Assembly (NCBI GenBank): GCA_000092065.1
Contig: CP000585.1
Reading direction: 5' to 3' (one strand)
DNA from: Ostreococcus lucimarinus
Taxonomy: Eukaryota
DNA length: 64,000 nucleotides
Shown: positions 50,401 to 60,264 of the stretch, one piece after another
Numbering within the stretch: position 1 is the stretch's first letter
How the letters are laid out: each line of letters opens with the position of its first letter
Notes under the pieces: generated by a model
What the model saw: only the letters and a program-made list of their open reading frames with translations
Database searches by the model: none
What the model was told of the DNA's origin: nothing
Translations under genes and position numbers: made by a program

Positions 50401-53400
50401 GCCGCGCATCTTCCACTTCACCTCGACGGTGGTTGAGTTTTGTGCCCGCACAGTGACATGTTCAGGAACATATTTTTCCGCCGCCGTCTCTTCGTCGATT
50501 GTGTGCCTGAACTTTTGGAAATGAGTCCATTCAGACGCTTGCAAGGCGCTCGCTCGAACTTTGTCGGTGATCATTTTGTACTCTTCATCAATCTCCTGTT
50601 GAATCTTTGCTCGCCATCCAAGAATGTATTTGCGATACAAGATGGAACGGCGAGCACGCTTGTCCATTGCGTTTTTTTCTAATCGCAAGACTTCACGGAC
50701 GTATCGTTCGTTGGAGAAAAGTTGCGCTTGAACCGAGCAAAGAATGAATAGCGCGACGTCGACGCCTATGGAACCAGAGCTGTAACCCAACACAGACACA
50801 CAGTCTGCAGCGAGCATGGTAGCGTCACACGCCGAGCCGAGTTTACGGACACCGAACAAGGAGTTAATTGTTTCGCACATGCGCGTACCCACAACACATG
50901 ACCCAAGTCGCGCAGTGCGACCATTGAGAAGTATCGGCTTGATATAGGGGATCTGATACACAAGTTTCGCCGCGAGGACGGTGAAGACGTACACGGGCAA
51001 GAGACGGAACAACTCGCCATTCCACCATTTGTGGGCGCGACTCGGGAATATTCGAGTGTTTATTCGCAACTCATTGAAGCGCATCGAAAACAAAATCGTG
51101 ATTCCCGCATAGCACAGTGATATGAAATCACTATCGTGCTGCGCCACGGCAGCCGTCGTAGTGAGAATAACGATGACCAAAAGTAGATACTTGTAGAAGA
51201 ACTTCAAGAAGAATTGACCCATGATCTCTTCAATTCTCCGTCGCACAGTCGTTCGTCGCTCGTGAATCGCCATCGAAGCGATTTGGCTGAAAGTGTAGTG
51301 CTCTTGAATGACTTGCAATTCTTCCTTAATTGAAACTTGCCTCGATAGATTTCGATTCGTCCAATTGGCGCGCTTCATTTCTTCCCTTTGAAGGTCTGCG
51401 TCCACGCTCGGAACGTACTCTTGGAGTTGCACGTTTACCGCGTCCCATCGCTTTATTTTGTCATCGTAGGAAAGTTCTGATGTTTCATCGAGCTTGCGCC
51501 GTTCTGCGAGGCGAGTATTGACTTTGTTTGCGAGAGATGTAAACGCCTCTGACTGCACCCACTCGCTACCCATCTTTTGGCCTTTCGCTTTCACGTAGCC
51601 GCGCATCCATGCCGTGCGGACGTCGTCCCGAACCATGTTTTTGTGTCCTTTTCGCACGTAATGTCCCACGAGTAACATCACGAGGATGTCAGATATTATT
51701 TCGTACTCATGTACAAAAACTGGCCTCGAGTTGCAATCCAAATACGCTGACGGCGCAGGCGCTGCGGCAGCGGAGGACGGACAGTCCCAAATATCGAGCC
51801 AAAACCGTTTTTCAGGGCACGTCTCACAGTAATTTGTATTGAGCCAACTCGGCGGCAGGCGCAAGGCGGCCATGATGTGTATCGCCAAGATGGCGCCGAT
51901 GATGAGAAGTATTGCGTAACCTTGAGACTGAAATCTCACAACTCCTGCGCGATTGTTGAAGGCCAAAAAGTATCCAAGGATGATGATATATATAGAACTC
52001 GTCACATCTGATTTTAAGAAGGCATTGATCAGTAACACGGCCATCGCGAGCAGATACTTCAAGCTCGCGAGCTGCTCAATCGCGGAATCTAGTGTCTCGA
52101 AGGTATTCTTGACATCCCACTTCACGAATCGATAAACCATCCTTATGACGATTGGGCGCCATCCGTACAGTGCGATTTTACTTTTGCTATGCTTCAAACT
52201 CCCGGCATTCACCTGTTTGACGAGATTGGCGAATATATCTTCTTCTGCGCGAATCGGCGTCTGCTGCACCATGGGGGACATGCCTTCATCCGTCGTGACG
52301 ATTTTCTTCTTGCCCACTGGCGTTTCGATGTTTTTGTTTTTCATGCGCTCGGCGACGATGAGCAATTTCAACTTCTTTGCCACATCGCATCCCTGAACTT
52401 CACCGCGAAGCTTTGCCCAATAACTCGCTCGCGGAACTGCGGTCGCCGTCGTCGATTTTGCTTTCCGTTGCACCTTGACATTGTGTCGTCTCTGCAAGAA
52501 TCCGTGTAAAACGGCGAAAATGATCACCGCATAATGCGCTCCAAAAATGTACCAGTTTGTCGTAAAAGTCAAGCACGCTTGCGTCGGGAACTGGTTTGAT
52601 GATGACGCCGCAACACTAGCATCCTGACAAAATGTCTTGGTGGAATCGAGAACGTAAGGCCACGCACAACAACTCGTGGTGGTTTGCAAGTCATCGCCGA
52701 GACGTGGATCGTAAAGTGAAATCAAGCCAAGCCAACTCCCCCAATTTTCGTTTACTAACGTGTTCAGCGATCCCGATTGGAAGATCGTCAAGAGCGTGAG
52801 CTGTTTGAACACGATGGAAATCGTCGCCAGTAGAGCCAAATAAAATCCGTAGTCATTCACCTCAGTGTGAATTGATACTGGCGCGGCATGATGATAGTCT
52901 GATTCCCTCAGGTGACGCCTGAACCACCCAGACGATCCAGATGGACTGCGCCTTGTCTGAATCGGCGGCGGCGTTATGTCGGCGGCCGTGATAACATTGC
53001 TTCGTATCCGACGCATTCGGTTCAAGAATCGCCATGAATCCGTCAAAATTCTCATCGACGTTCCAATGACGCTAAAAGTTCCATACCGAAGCGGTACGGG
53101 AGCCTTGCCGCGGATTGTTGGCACAGCGAGTTCTATGCATGCAAACATTATAACCACGACGTAGAGCATACTCACGACTTCGACTCGAAACGCCACACAG
53201 ATTGTTGCCACGAGTAAAAGCAGCTCCATGGATACGCCGTGTAACGCGGATTCGAATTCATCACCTACCGAGTCTTTCACGTGCTTTAATACCGTAGCGG
53301 TAGCGTGATACAGAAAGATAGACGGACGCATGGTGTTGATGTCCTCGACCTTCGTCGACTCGGATTCCTTACTCATATCGAGACGACGAATCGGTGTTCC

Positions 53401-54777
53401 CTCAGGCAGCCCATCTTCGTACCAGTCACTGTCGTAATCTTCACTATCGCGCTGCAAACGCTCGTTAAGCCAGTAATACAACATCACGCACATGACCAGT
53501 GTAAGGTAACGCGGCCACATGTACTTCCAAGAAAGGAGCGCCGGCGTCTGCAGTAAACCAAAGTCGAGCGGGGTGAGCTGTCGACTCAAACTACTCGGCC
53601 ACGCGTCCATGAGACTACCGGCGACCTCTGGTATGTTATAGACGTACAAAAGCGAGATGTACACGTACTGAAATGCGATATAATACCAAAGCGTATTTCG
53701 CAAACGCACCAGCCACTTATCTTGGAACTTCTTGGCGTCAACATCGGCGCCTCTCGTACCACTGAGGTTTCTCGCTGACGCCAGCATTCGCAAAATGGTC
53801 ACCAAAACTGTGACTATGTCCACAACTTGAATCATACTCATGGGCAATCCTCCAACGGTTGCTAAACCAGTGAACGTGATTGCGGCGGCTAAGATTGGAG
53901 CGTAGAGCAAAGGTCGATACCCTCCCACGCGGACTCTGAATCCCATCAGCTCTTGAAACTTGAATGAACTATCTATATCGCCGTGTGACACAGCCAAGGC
54001 GAAGCATGCGTTGGCCAACAGAGCGAAAATGAACCCAACAGTTTGCGCCGGTTTCATGCAACAAAGCCGTCCATTCCTACCCAAGGTCCAAAAGCCAAAG
54101 ATGTTTGCGACTTTGGACGTTTCTAATTCCTGCGACGTCGCCCCGAGCGAAGTAAACACATACGACCCGAATATGATCAATCCCGTCAGGAATTGCATTT
54201 TACCCGTGGTTGAAATTGCGTGCTCAAGTCGCGTCAAACGTGACGTGCGTGGATCACCGCGCCCGCCGACGAAACGCGTGTGCACCGCGACGAAGAGGAG
54301 AAACTGCAACACTCCGTTTGCCGAGTATCCCACGACGCCGCAACAAATGAAACCGAGCAGACGCCACCATTTCTGTATCGTATTCCGCAAATCTTCCTCT
54401 GTCAGCCCGACGACGAACATCAAACCTCGTCGCAAGTACTTCGCAATCGCTGTGGTTCTTCTCGACCCGCCAGCCTCCAAATGAGCCAACTCTCGTCTCA
54501 ATTCGCCTCGCGCCCACAGCGACGTCAAAGCCACGAACGCATCCGGAATGAGCGAACGCGTGCCGACCGTCGCTTCATCGAACTTTTGCAACCCGAACAC
54601 TTCCAGCCATTTCGTTGGGACTCGTTCCGCCCCGATCGCGGCGTACGACGTTTGAAAAACGACCTGCACGAACAAAAATCCTCCGGCGACGAACGTCGTA
54701 AACGTCACCGCCTTTGTCGACCGTAACACCGCCCTCGCCACCGGTCGCGTCGACGCGCACAGCGCGAGGTAACACAT
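47419..54777 (-). CDS. Piezo-type mechanosensitive ion channel homolog (about 2450 aa)
   Basis: One uninterrupted ORF of about 7.4 kb with dozens of predicted TM helices. Piezo signature LPFLFEIRTLLDWVVCDTSIDYVMWFRYETLYY (Piezo PFLFELRTLIDW). C-terminal cap and inner-helix region collinear with mouse Piezo1. ORF-track start 54795 is GTG; first ATG is 54777. GC is clearly lower than in flanking genes. Confidence 0.8.
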   Translation of the reverse strand: MCYLALCASTRPVARAVLRSTKAVTFTTFVAGGFLFVQVVFQTSYAAIGAERVPTKWLEVFGLQKFDEATVGTRSLIPDAFVALTSLWARGELRRELAHLEAGGSRRTTAIAKYLRRGLMFVVGLTEEDLRNTIQKWWRLLGFICCGVVGYSANGVLQFLLFVAVHTRFVGGRGDPRTSRLTRLEHAISTTGKMQFLTGLIIFGSYVFTSLGATSQELETSKVANIFGFWTLGRNGRLCCMKPAQTVGFIFALLANACFALAVSHGDIDSSFKFQELMGFRVRVGGYRPLLYAPILAAAITFTGLATVGGLPMSMIQVVDIVTVLVTILRMLASARNLSGTRGADVDAKKFQDKWLVRLRNTLWYYIAFQYVYISLLYVYNIPEVAGSLMDAWPSSLSRQLTPLDFGLLQTPALLSWKYMWPRYLTLVMCVMLYYWLNERLQRDSEDYDSDWYEDGLPEGTPIRRLDMSKESESTKVEDINTMRPSIFLYHATATVLKHVKDSVGDEFESALHGVSMELLLLVATICVAFRVEVVSMLYVVVIMFACIELAVPTIRGKAPVPLRYGTFSVIGTSMRILTDSWRFLNRMRRIRSNVITAADITPPPIQTRRSPSGSSGWFRRHLRESDYHHAAPVSIHTEVNDYGFYLALLATISIVFKQLTLLTIFQSGSLNTLVNENWGSWLGLISLYDPRLGDDLQTTTSCCAWPYVLDSTKTFCQDASVAASSSNQFPTQACLTFTTNWYIFGAHYAVIIFAVLHGFLQRRHNVKVQRKAKSTTATAVPRASYWAKLRGEVQGCDVAKKLKLLIVAERMKNKNIETPVGKKKIVTTDEGMSPMVQQTPIRAEEDIFANLVKQVNAGSLKHSKSKIALYGWRPIVIRMVYRFVKWDVKNTFETLDSAIEQLASLKYLLAMAVLLINAFLKSDVTSSIYIIILGYFLAFNNRAGVVRFQSQGYAILLIIGAILAIHIMAALRLPPSWLNTNYCETCPEKRFWLDIWDCPSSAAAAPAPSAYLDCNSRPVFVHEYEIISDILVMLLVGHYVRKGHKNMVRDDVRTAWMRGYVKAKGQKMGSEWVQSEAFTSLANKVNTRLAERRKLDETSELSYDDKIKRWDAVNVQLQEYVPSVDADLQREEMKRANWTNRNLSRQVSIKEELQVIQEHYTFSQIASMAIHERRTTVRRRIEEIMGQFFLKFFYKYLLLVIVILTTTAAVAQHDSDFISLCYAGITILFSMRFNELRINTRIFPSRAHKWWNGELFRLLPVYVFTVLAAKLVYQIPYIKPILLNGRTARLGSCVVGTRMCETINSLFGVRKLGSACDATMLAADCVSVLGYSSGSIGVDVALFILCSVQAQLFSNERYVREVLRLEKNAMDKRARRSILYRKYILGWRAKIQQEIDEEYKMITDKVRASALQASEWTHFQKFRHTIDEETAAEKYVPEHVTVRAQNSTTVEVKWKMRGSTDDIEQFTIKRERSPRTTIFPHHVNPVKVDVDAESRAPSSHVISGLTPGMSYSFTVQSCSRSIGYGPPSEPSDVVTMPMPQDDEEGEEVLSGKDKLINGVAKVVHAARNSAAYLLDPALYPLPNDKGGESEWTRKGDWGGANIITGFGKIIYSQSERLLYIALVCNFIDHVDLMSACLVIFILAFAAMWNPQPLPEMWRFIFWYSVACFYARILLRSKAFCMELDANAKFDNRNKWYISAQPYCPTMTLYDPAADSEFSTLSATLLTVPRARNLVRDEVWTDIFLIVTLVLHMSHMHSLGQCTRRDAIPLAPREDYQTYHAGEFKDDIDLAALTSPPLEDVATGKTRQVETHHLEGRTSKERTRALRRRERRRAYMRTFGLFTRGIHVAQTRFRELVTQICLSNSAKMPKRNVGKPGVDLYSLEIFLQLIITCWFVTGYRNLVFESGTALSSTESFGTGLTISIVSSVMWIIVMRLVYLSQNIKLKFYLHFAQVVLYVSLVFIFLPLLDTRSFVSPRHNSHLKAFTVLMLFQFIVSALQLREGFREGYQFKIVLMRFGNTPVGRFVYNLINTLPFLFEIRTLLDWVVCDTSIDYVMWFRYETLYYLLHKTDMLISWRRNRRQYYSGAKPVPWPLKILLGGGIIAIIMLLLTGPIFIFSTFNPALTSNRIEAATMQVQLDFYADEKTERHRIYSGFATGYGMSSISQEAMKSELLRGLSFRSIDSDCVRFPKYSQSAWILPQSSKLALAQSLNTAAAASTCTAKMTITTEFTRLGPLKAKTVSQDLVATLTNAHCAALAGVITNGQGSIQFANVIPRGFHLTPETMVEILDFNTSAYIGLNMTLGSTPTANLWEVTPTSPSFPTAAPDFCGIDSTLPPSDYGVLYATISDRYLVGLVSSLGLSSYSLRALYGFVFVTVGFFVRTMYNFKLSDVFVNEIANTDELINVCRGLRLIRSLDYPGRRRDEMKMYYSLMRMMRESSLRRVISRNADEI

Positions 54778-54845
54778 AATGTAACAACACGACACCTACA
54801 TCGCGGCATCGCCATTCATCAGTCTTTCACTCTTCGCTCGCGAAT

Positions 54846-54897
54846 TGTTCGCGTTCGCGTTCGCGTTCGCGTTCGCGTTCGCGTTCGCGTTCGCGTT
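54846..54897. repeat. (GTTCGC)n hexanucleotide microsatellite, about 8.5 units, upstream of Piezo
   Basis: gttcgcgttcgcgttcgcgttcgcgttcgcgttcgcgttcgcgttcgcgttc. Confidence 0.9.
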
Positions 54898-55274
54898 CAT
54901 ACCAAATCACACCGCGCCGTCGACGCCGCGATCAGCGCCGCGCCGTGCACCGCCCTCGACATCGCCATCAGCGCGTCCGCGTCGGACAGCGACACCGATG
55001 CGTCGTCATCGGCTCCATCGTCGTCGGCTCCATCGTCGAAACTCAAACTTTTATTCGTCGTCGTCGCTCGATCCGCGCGCGACGACGACGCGCGCATCGA
55101 CGACGCGACGCGCGCCAACATGGTACTTTCGCGCTCGCCCCGCGCGCCGCGCTCGCGCGCGCGCGTGTGCGGCGCTTTCGAAAGATGACGAGTTAGTTGG
55201 TTGGGTGAAAAAGGAATTTCAAACTCTGGAGCGACAAAACGCGAATACAGTTACAACAACAAAGATGATAAATA

Positions 55275-56444
55275 TTAGCGACTGGACGACGCGCGCGCGG
55301 CGGCGAGCGCGGAGGTGAACCATGAATGGGTGTCGATGCGCACGATGCCGGCGTCGGCGACGTTGGAGGCGTCGAGGGTGACGAAACTGCCCTCGGCGGC
55401 GGCGGCGACTTTGCGAGCGACTTCGTCGGCGGAACCGTGGACGAGACGCGCGCGAGCGGTCGGTGGCGCTGATTTTACGCCCTCGACGCCGTCAGCGGAG
55501 GGAAGTTGGACGATATCGTCGACGATCGCGTCGCGGTAGACGCCGATGACGTGTGGTTGGGGAGAGAAGCCGCTCGGAAAGGAGGCGTCGATGCCTCCGC
55601 CTCGAGAATTGACGTGCGCGATGTGCACGCGCTCGGCGAATTTGACAGACACGTCGCCGCCGCCTGAATCGATACCGATCATTTCTTCACCCGCACCCTC
55701 TAAACTTCCGATGGAAACGGCGCCACCACTCGTGCGCACGAGACCGAATTCACCCACGCGTAGACTCTTCGCCGTCGCGTCGCCGCCGCCGGTGTTGACG
55801 TTCACTTTATCCCCAAAAACCGCCTCAGCGTGAAACTTCCCTTCTGGTTCGGTGTCTACGTACACCACCGACCCAACAAACTTACCGCGCATCGTCACGT
55901 CCCCCCCCGCGGTGCGCACTCTGGAATCCGCGCTCACCGATCCTCGCGCGCGCACCGCGCCTCCGCTCGTATCCAGGTCCATCGTCGACCCTTTGATCGT
56001 CCCCAATTCCACGTCCCCGCCGTTCGTGCGCACTTTCACCCCCGCCTCGACGACCGATTCCACCGAAATCGTCGAATTCTCCCCCCTCAACCGCGCGTCG
56101 ACGCCGCAAAATCTCGGCGGTATCCTCGCCCGCACCGCCGCGCGCGTCCCGTCCCTCGCCCCCGTCCTCGCGTCCCGCACCAGCACCACCTCCCCTCGCC
56201 CGCCGTCGCCTCGCGCGCGCGTGATCTCGAACTCGGCGTCGTGCGCGTCGTCCGCGATCTCGATCTCGATGCGCTCCGTCGCCGACGCGTGCGGCGCGAC
56301 GACGACGTCCACGCGCGCGCGTTCGCTGTCGAACGCCACCGTCGCGCCCGGCGCGACGCCGTCGAACGTCGTCGTCGCGTGCGTCGCCGCGCGCGCGAAC
56401 GGCGCCGACCGCAGCGTCGCGCGCGCGCGCGCGAGTCGACGCAT
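55275..56444 (-). CDS. DUF4097 (putative adhesin beta-helix) protein, FAM185A-like, with mitochondrial-type presequence
   Basis: Repeated (T/S)xGGDV(T/S/E) strands (TNGGDVELG, TSGGAVRARG, TAGGDVTMRG, TGGGDATAKS, TSGGAVSIGS, SGGGDVSVKF) typical of DUF4097. N-terminal MRRLARARATLRSAPFARAA. ATG at 56444. Confidence 0.6.
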   Translation of the reverse strand: MRRLARARATLRSAPFARAATHATTTFDGVAPGATVAFDSERARVDVVVAPHASATERIEIEIADDAHDAEFEITRARGDGGRGEVVLVRDARTGARDGTRAAVRARIPPRFCGVDARLRGENSTISVESVVEAGVKVRTNGGDVELGTIKGSTMDLDTSGGAVRARGSVSADSRVRTAGGDVTMRGKFVGSVVYVDTEPEGKFHAEAVFGDKVNVNTGGGDATAKSLRVGEFGLVRTSGGAVSIGSLEGAGEEMIGIDSGGGDVSVKFAERVHIAHVNSRGGGIDASFPSGFSPQPHVIGVYRDAIVDDIVQLPSADGVEGVKSAPPTARARLVHGSADEVARKVAAAAEGSFVTLDASNVADAGIVRIDTHSWFTSALAAARASSSR

Positions 56445-56530
56445 CGCGCGCGACGTCGCGCGCGCGGAGTGGCGACGCGCGACAGAGGGCGACGCGCGCG
56501 AAACGAATTCGCGACGCGTTCGATCGCGCG

Positions 56531-57652
56531 ATGGACGCGAACGCGAACGCGACGCGCGAGAGGGACGCGCCGGACGCCGTCGCGGACGCGGCGTGCGACG
56601 TCGAGCGACGCGCGCACGTGATCAGTGGACGCGTGGCGCAGTTGGATTCAAACATGAAGTCGCTGAAACTTGAACTCTCGGCGCTGAACGATGCGCTGAT
56701 GGACATGGAGGGGAAAGCGAAGGAGGGGGACGGGGCGTACGATACGATGGAGACGCGCGCGGCGCTGTACGGCGCGAGACGGGTGATACAAGGCGCGGGA
56801 CCGGGTGGAGACTTGTACGGGTACATGAAGCCGAAGACGACGCACTCGCGGTTTCTGCGACTGTTCGTCGGGGGAGCGGTGGAGATCAATTCCGTGAGAC
56901 AAGAGGCGAGATTGCGGTTGAAGGAGGAGTATTATCACTTTCGCGATCAAAATACGGTGGTTTACGTGTTGGCGCCGTTGGCGTTGTTGCTCGGATACAG
57001 CGAACGCGTGCACCCGAAGGCGCTGGACGCGACGCAGATTGGATACTTGAGGGCGTTTTATCCGATCGCACTGCAGCTGTATTGGGTGTGGCTTTTGTAC
57101 TTTTACACCGCACTCGCGCTGCGGGAGAACATTTTGCGCGTGAACGGGTCGACGATTCGTCCGTGGTGGATTAAGCACCACTACTATTCGGCGGCGATGG
57201 CGCTGTGCGTGTTGACGATGGATTTAGATTCGCCCGCGTGCGAGGCGTTCACTTTGAGATTCTTACTCTTCACCACGCTTCAGGGAGTGGTGATGTTAGT
57301 CCAAAATAGATACCAGCGTTTCCGCTTGTACACGCGCGTGGCGATGGGGAAAGCGTCGCCCATGGACGTGGCGTCGATTGAACTCTCGGGCGGACAGCTC
57401 AAGCTTTTGTACCCACTCCTGTTCGGTTTGCAGGCGATGCAACTGTACGTCGGCGCGAGCGTGCTGTTCGTGGTCATGACGACGTATCGCATAGAAAGCC
57501 ACATCATGCGAGAGTGGCAAGCGTCCGTGGCGGGCGTCTTATTCGTTCTCATGGCGGTTGGCAACTTCACCGCCACGCTCAACACGCTGCGATCCAAGCG
57601 CTCATTCGCGCACAAGAAGCGGACTCGCAGCCAAAGTTTTCATCAGGATTAA
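56531..57652 (+). CDS. TMEM120 (TMPIT/TACAN) family membrane protein
   Basis: Coiled-coil N-terminus. Conserved core NGSTIRPWWIKHHYYSAAMAL (TMEM120A NGSRIKGWWVFHHYVSTFL) and VGNFTATLNTL (LGNFFTTLRVV). Confidence 0.75.
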   Translation: MDANANATRERDAPDAVADAACDVERRAHVISGRVAQLDSNMKSLKLELSALNDALMDMEGKAKEGDGAYDTMETRAALYGARRVIQGAGPGGDLYGYMKPKTTHSRFLRLFVGGAVEINSVRQEARLRLKEEYYHFRDQNTVVYVLAPLALLLGYSERVHPKALDATQIGYLRAFYPIALQLYWVWLLYFYTALALRENILRVNGSTIRPWWIKHHYYSAAMALCVLTMDLDSPACEAFTLRFLLFTTLQGVVMLVQNRYQRFRLYTRVAMGKASPMDVASIELSGGQLKLLYPLLFGLQAMQLYVGASVLFVVMTTYRIESHIMREWQASVAGVLFVLMAVGNFTATLNTLRSKRSFAHKKRTRSQSFHQD

Positions 57653-57717
57653 AACAACTTTAGCGCACTGTCAGTTTATTCACTGCACTACTACCATTAT
57701 AATTACTCCTTACATAA

Positions 57718-59685
57718 CTACAGCTCGTCGCGGCTCGCGATCTCCGGATCCAGGTTTGGCTTGATGTTCGCCAGCCCCTCCGGAAGCGGCAAGAAAAACT
57801 TGTGATCGCCGCACGTTTGCATGATTTGATACACGGATGACCATATATAACTGTTCGCCTCTTGAAACTGCCTGAGCATCCACGTGCGAACGATAGCGAC
57901 GTGGTACGGGTTGATGTTGTGCACACCATCTTGAGGATCGAACGGCAGTAATACGCCTTCTCTTCGCGTCTGAGCCACGGCGATGACGTAATAATCTCCT
58001 GAACTTGTCGCTTGAATCAACATCCGCTGAATCGTATCGTAATCAACTTCGACGCCCGGATGGTGGTACAGCGTCCAAGGAGTGTCCCACGTCGCGAGTC
58101 TCGGATATTCATCGGTGGTCACGGTGAAGAGCGGTCTAGTTTTGTACGTGTCGACTTGGCTCCACGGTGTACGCTTTGCGTGCGCAATCTTGGCTTCGCC
58201 GAGGAGAGATTCGAACTTTGTAAAGACCGCGCTCAAGGAAAGCTCTTCATCGATCCACTTGTACACGTCTTCGACCAGAGGAAGACTTGCCGCGCCCGTG
58301 GCAATAGCCGTCAAAGCCGCGGCGCCGCCCGGTACGCTCGGCGCTGCGAAATACGCACCTTGTATCGATTCACGTGCCCCAATTTCGACCGCTAACCCAT
58401 ATTTGGTGTAATCGCGCATCGCGGTGTAGTTCGTCGTCACTACGGGCGTACCCAGCGCTTGGCACTCGAGGACGACCATGCCGAAACCTTCCGATTTCGA
58501 CGTGTGCAAACACACGTCGGCGTGTCTTTTCAGTGCCGACGTGAAAACCTTGTCGTGCAAATTCTCATCCAGCGTGTACATGTTCGATGGAATTTGTGCG
58601 CGTTGAAGCGCGGCACGTAGGGATATACCCGTTCGCAAAACCGCGACGGGCGGCTTGCTCTTGTGGTTCAGATCGTTTTGCGTCATAGCGCTGTCCACCG
58701 TATGAATCCAGAGGTGCGTCTTTAATTTCGGGTTCGCTCGTTGAAATTCAGCGAACGCGTTGATTGACGCCACCCATCCTTTCCTGTCAGAGTTTTCGTA
58801 GTTGCCACCTTGCATGAGCACCAAGAAGGTGTCGTCGTCGACTTCGTCGATGCTCCTCGAGAACATTCTGTCGTACTTTTTAGAATCAAACACCGCGCGG
58901 CGAATGACTTTGCGTCTATTTTTGACATCGTCGGCGATTTTCAGTTTCGTCTCGAAAGAGTCCGCGAGCGCGTTGAGCGACGCGCGATCGATAAAATGAG
59001 GAATCGTGCGCGTGAGCGGCTGCTCCGTCGCGATCGCGCGACCCGTGGTGTCGGACAACGCCGCCACGCCCGAGTACGTCCGGACCACCGCCACCGACGC
59101 GTCCGCTTCTTCGTGGTGATACGGCATCCACAAAACCACGGGCACGGCGAAATCGTACCCATCGAAATACATTTGTCCGATATCCATGAGCAACACGAAG
59201 GCGTCCAGTCGGTGCGTCGACGACGCCTCGTTCACCTGCTTCATCGTCATCGACAGCTCGTTTATCCGCGCGTACGGCGCGTGCACGTCCGGCACGCCCA
59301 AAAACGTCAGGTGCTCCATCGCCTTTTGCTCCGCTTTCGTCGGCGCGCGCACGTCGCCCGCGAAGCGTTCGCGAGCGCGGCGCCAATCCGCGTACTCGCC
59401 CGGAGGCAACCGCACCCCCGGCACGCGCGGCATCCAAAACGTCTCGTACCCATTATCCGCGAACGCTTTAGAGAGTCCCAGCGCCTGCGCCTGGTACGCG
59501 CCGAACGTCCACGGAACCGTCGCCGCGACGAAGCACACGCGCCGATCGTCCGCCGCGCCCGCGCTCGCCGCGTTCGCCCCCCCCCCGCGACGTCCCCACA
59601 GCGCGTCCGCGCGCGTGACCCCGCTCGCGATCGCCCACGCGACGCACGCGACGACGACGATCGCCCGCGCGCGTCGCGTCGCCAT
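57718..59685 (-). CDS. GT4-like glycosyltransferase with N-terminal signal anchor
   Basis: Glycos_transf_1 motif HTSKSEGFGMVVLECQALGTPVV. N-terminal anchor MATRRARAIVVVACVAWAIASG (ATG at 59685). Lower GC than neighbours. Confidence 0.65.
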   Translation of the reverse strand: MATRRARAIVVVACVAWAIASGVTRADALWGRRGGGANAASAGAADDRRVCFVAATVPWTFGAYQAQALGLSKAFADNGYETFWMPRVPGVRLPPGEYADWRRARERFAGDVRAPTKAEQKAMEHLTFLGVPDVHAPYARINELSMTMKQVNEASSTHRLDAFVLLMDIGQMYFDGYDFAVPVVLWMPYHHEEADASVAVVRTYSGVAALSDTTGRAIATEQPLTRTIPHFIDRASLNALADSFETKLKIADDVKNRRKVIRRAVFDSKKYDRMFSRSIDEVDDDTFLVLMQGGNYENSDRKGWVASINAFAEFQRANPKLKTHLWIHTVDSAMTQNDLNHKSKPPVAVLRTGISLRAALQRAQIPSNMYTLDENLHDKVFTSALKRHADVCLHTSKSEGFGMVVLECQALGTPVVTTNYTAMRDYTKYGLAVEIGARESIQGAYFAAPSVPGGAAALTAIATGAASLPLVEDVYKWIDEELSLSAVFTKFESLLGEAKIAHAKRTPWSQVDTYKTRPLFTVTTDEYPRLATWDTPWTLYHHPGVEVDYDTIQRMLIQATSSGDYYVIAVAQTRREGVLLPFDPQDGVHNINPYHVAIVRTWMLRQFQEANSYIWSSVYQIMQTCGDHKFFLPLPEGLANIKPNLDPEIASRDEL

Positions 59686-60264
59686 CTCGAGTCGAGACGA
59701 GCGTCGCGTTCTGCGGCGTCGCCCTCGCGTCCCGCCCGCGTCCCGCCCGCGTCTCCGTCTCCGCCGCGTCTCCGTCTCCGCGCGCGCCTCAAAATCCGTT
59801 ATCGCACTCCCCAAAGTAATCGTGCGTCGCCCACGTCGCCCTGTCGCCGTCGTCGCTCGTCGCGATCGCCCTCGCCGCGTCCGCGATGGCTTCGGCGCAC
59901 GCGCTCAAGCTCTCGCCCTCGTCCGGCTCCACGTCGACGCACCACGCCTCGCCGTCGCCCACGGGCGCGCACCGCGCGACGTTTCGTCGCCCGATGGCGC
60001 GCTCGACGACGCTCACCGCGTCCGCGCCGCGCGCGCCGCGCGCGATGCGCGCCGACACCCGACACCGCGCGGCGTCGGCGTCGACGCGAACGCGCAGCGA
60101 CCGCGCGCGCGCGTCGACGTCGTCGAGCGTCAGCGGACGCGCGTCGCGCTCGACGCGCGCGTCTCCGCGCGCGCGCGCGTCGCGCTCGACGACGACGACG
60201 AATCGAGGCGTCATGGGCCGGGCGCGACGCGACGTGACGGCACACGCGCGCGCGAGCGACGGCG

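Noticed and set aside
5466-54795. ORF-track start coordinates for Tex (5466), the MATH exon (14573), the acidic hypothetical gene (23407), SYP71 (25506), DNAJC7 (39762), QOR (42818), GATA-like (45464), the 46504 ORF and Piezo (54795).
   Set aside because: Direct reading shows these 'M' positions are GTG or TTG codons (bacterial-style alternative starts in the ORF caller). Starts were moved to the first in-frame ATG or to upstream exons.
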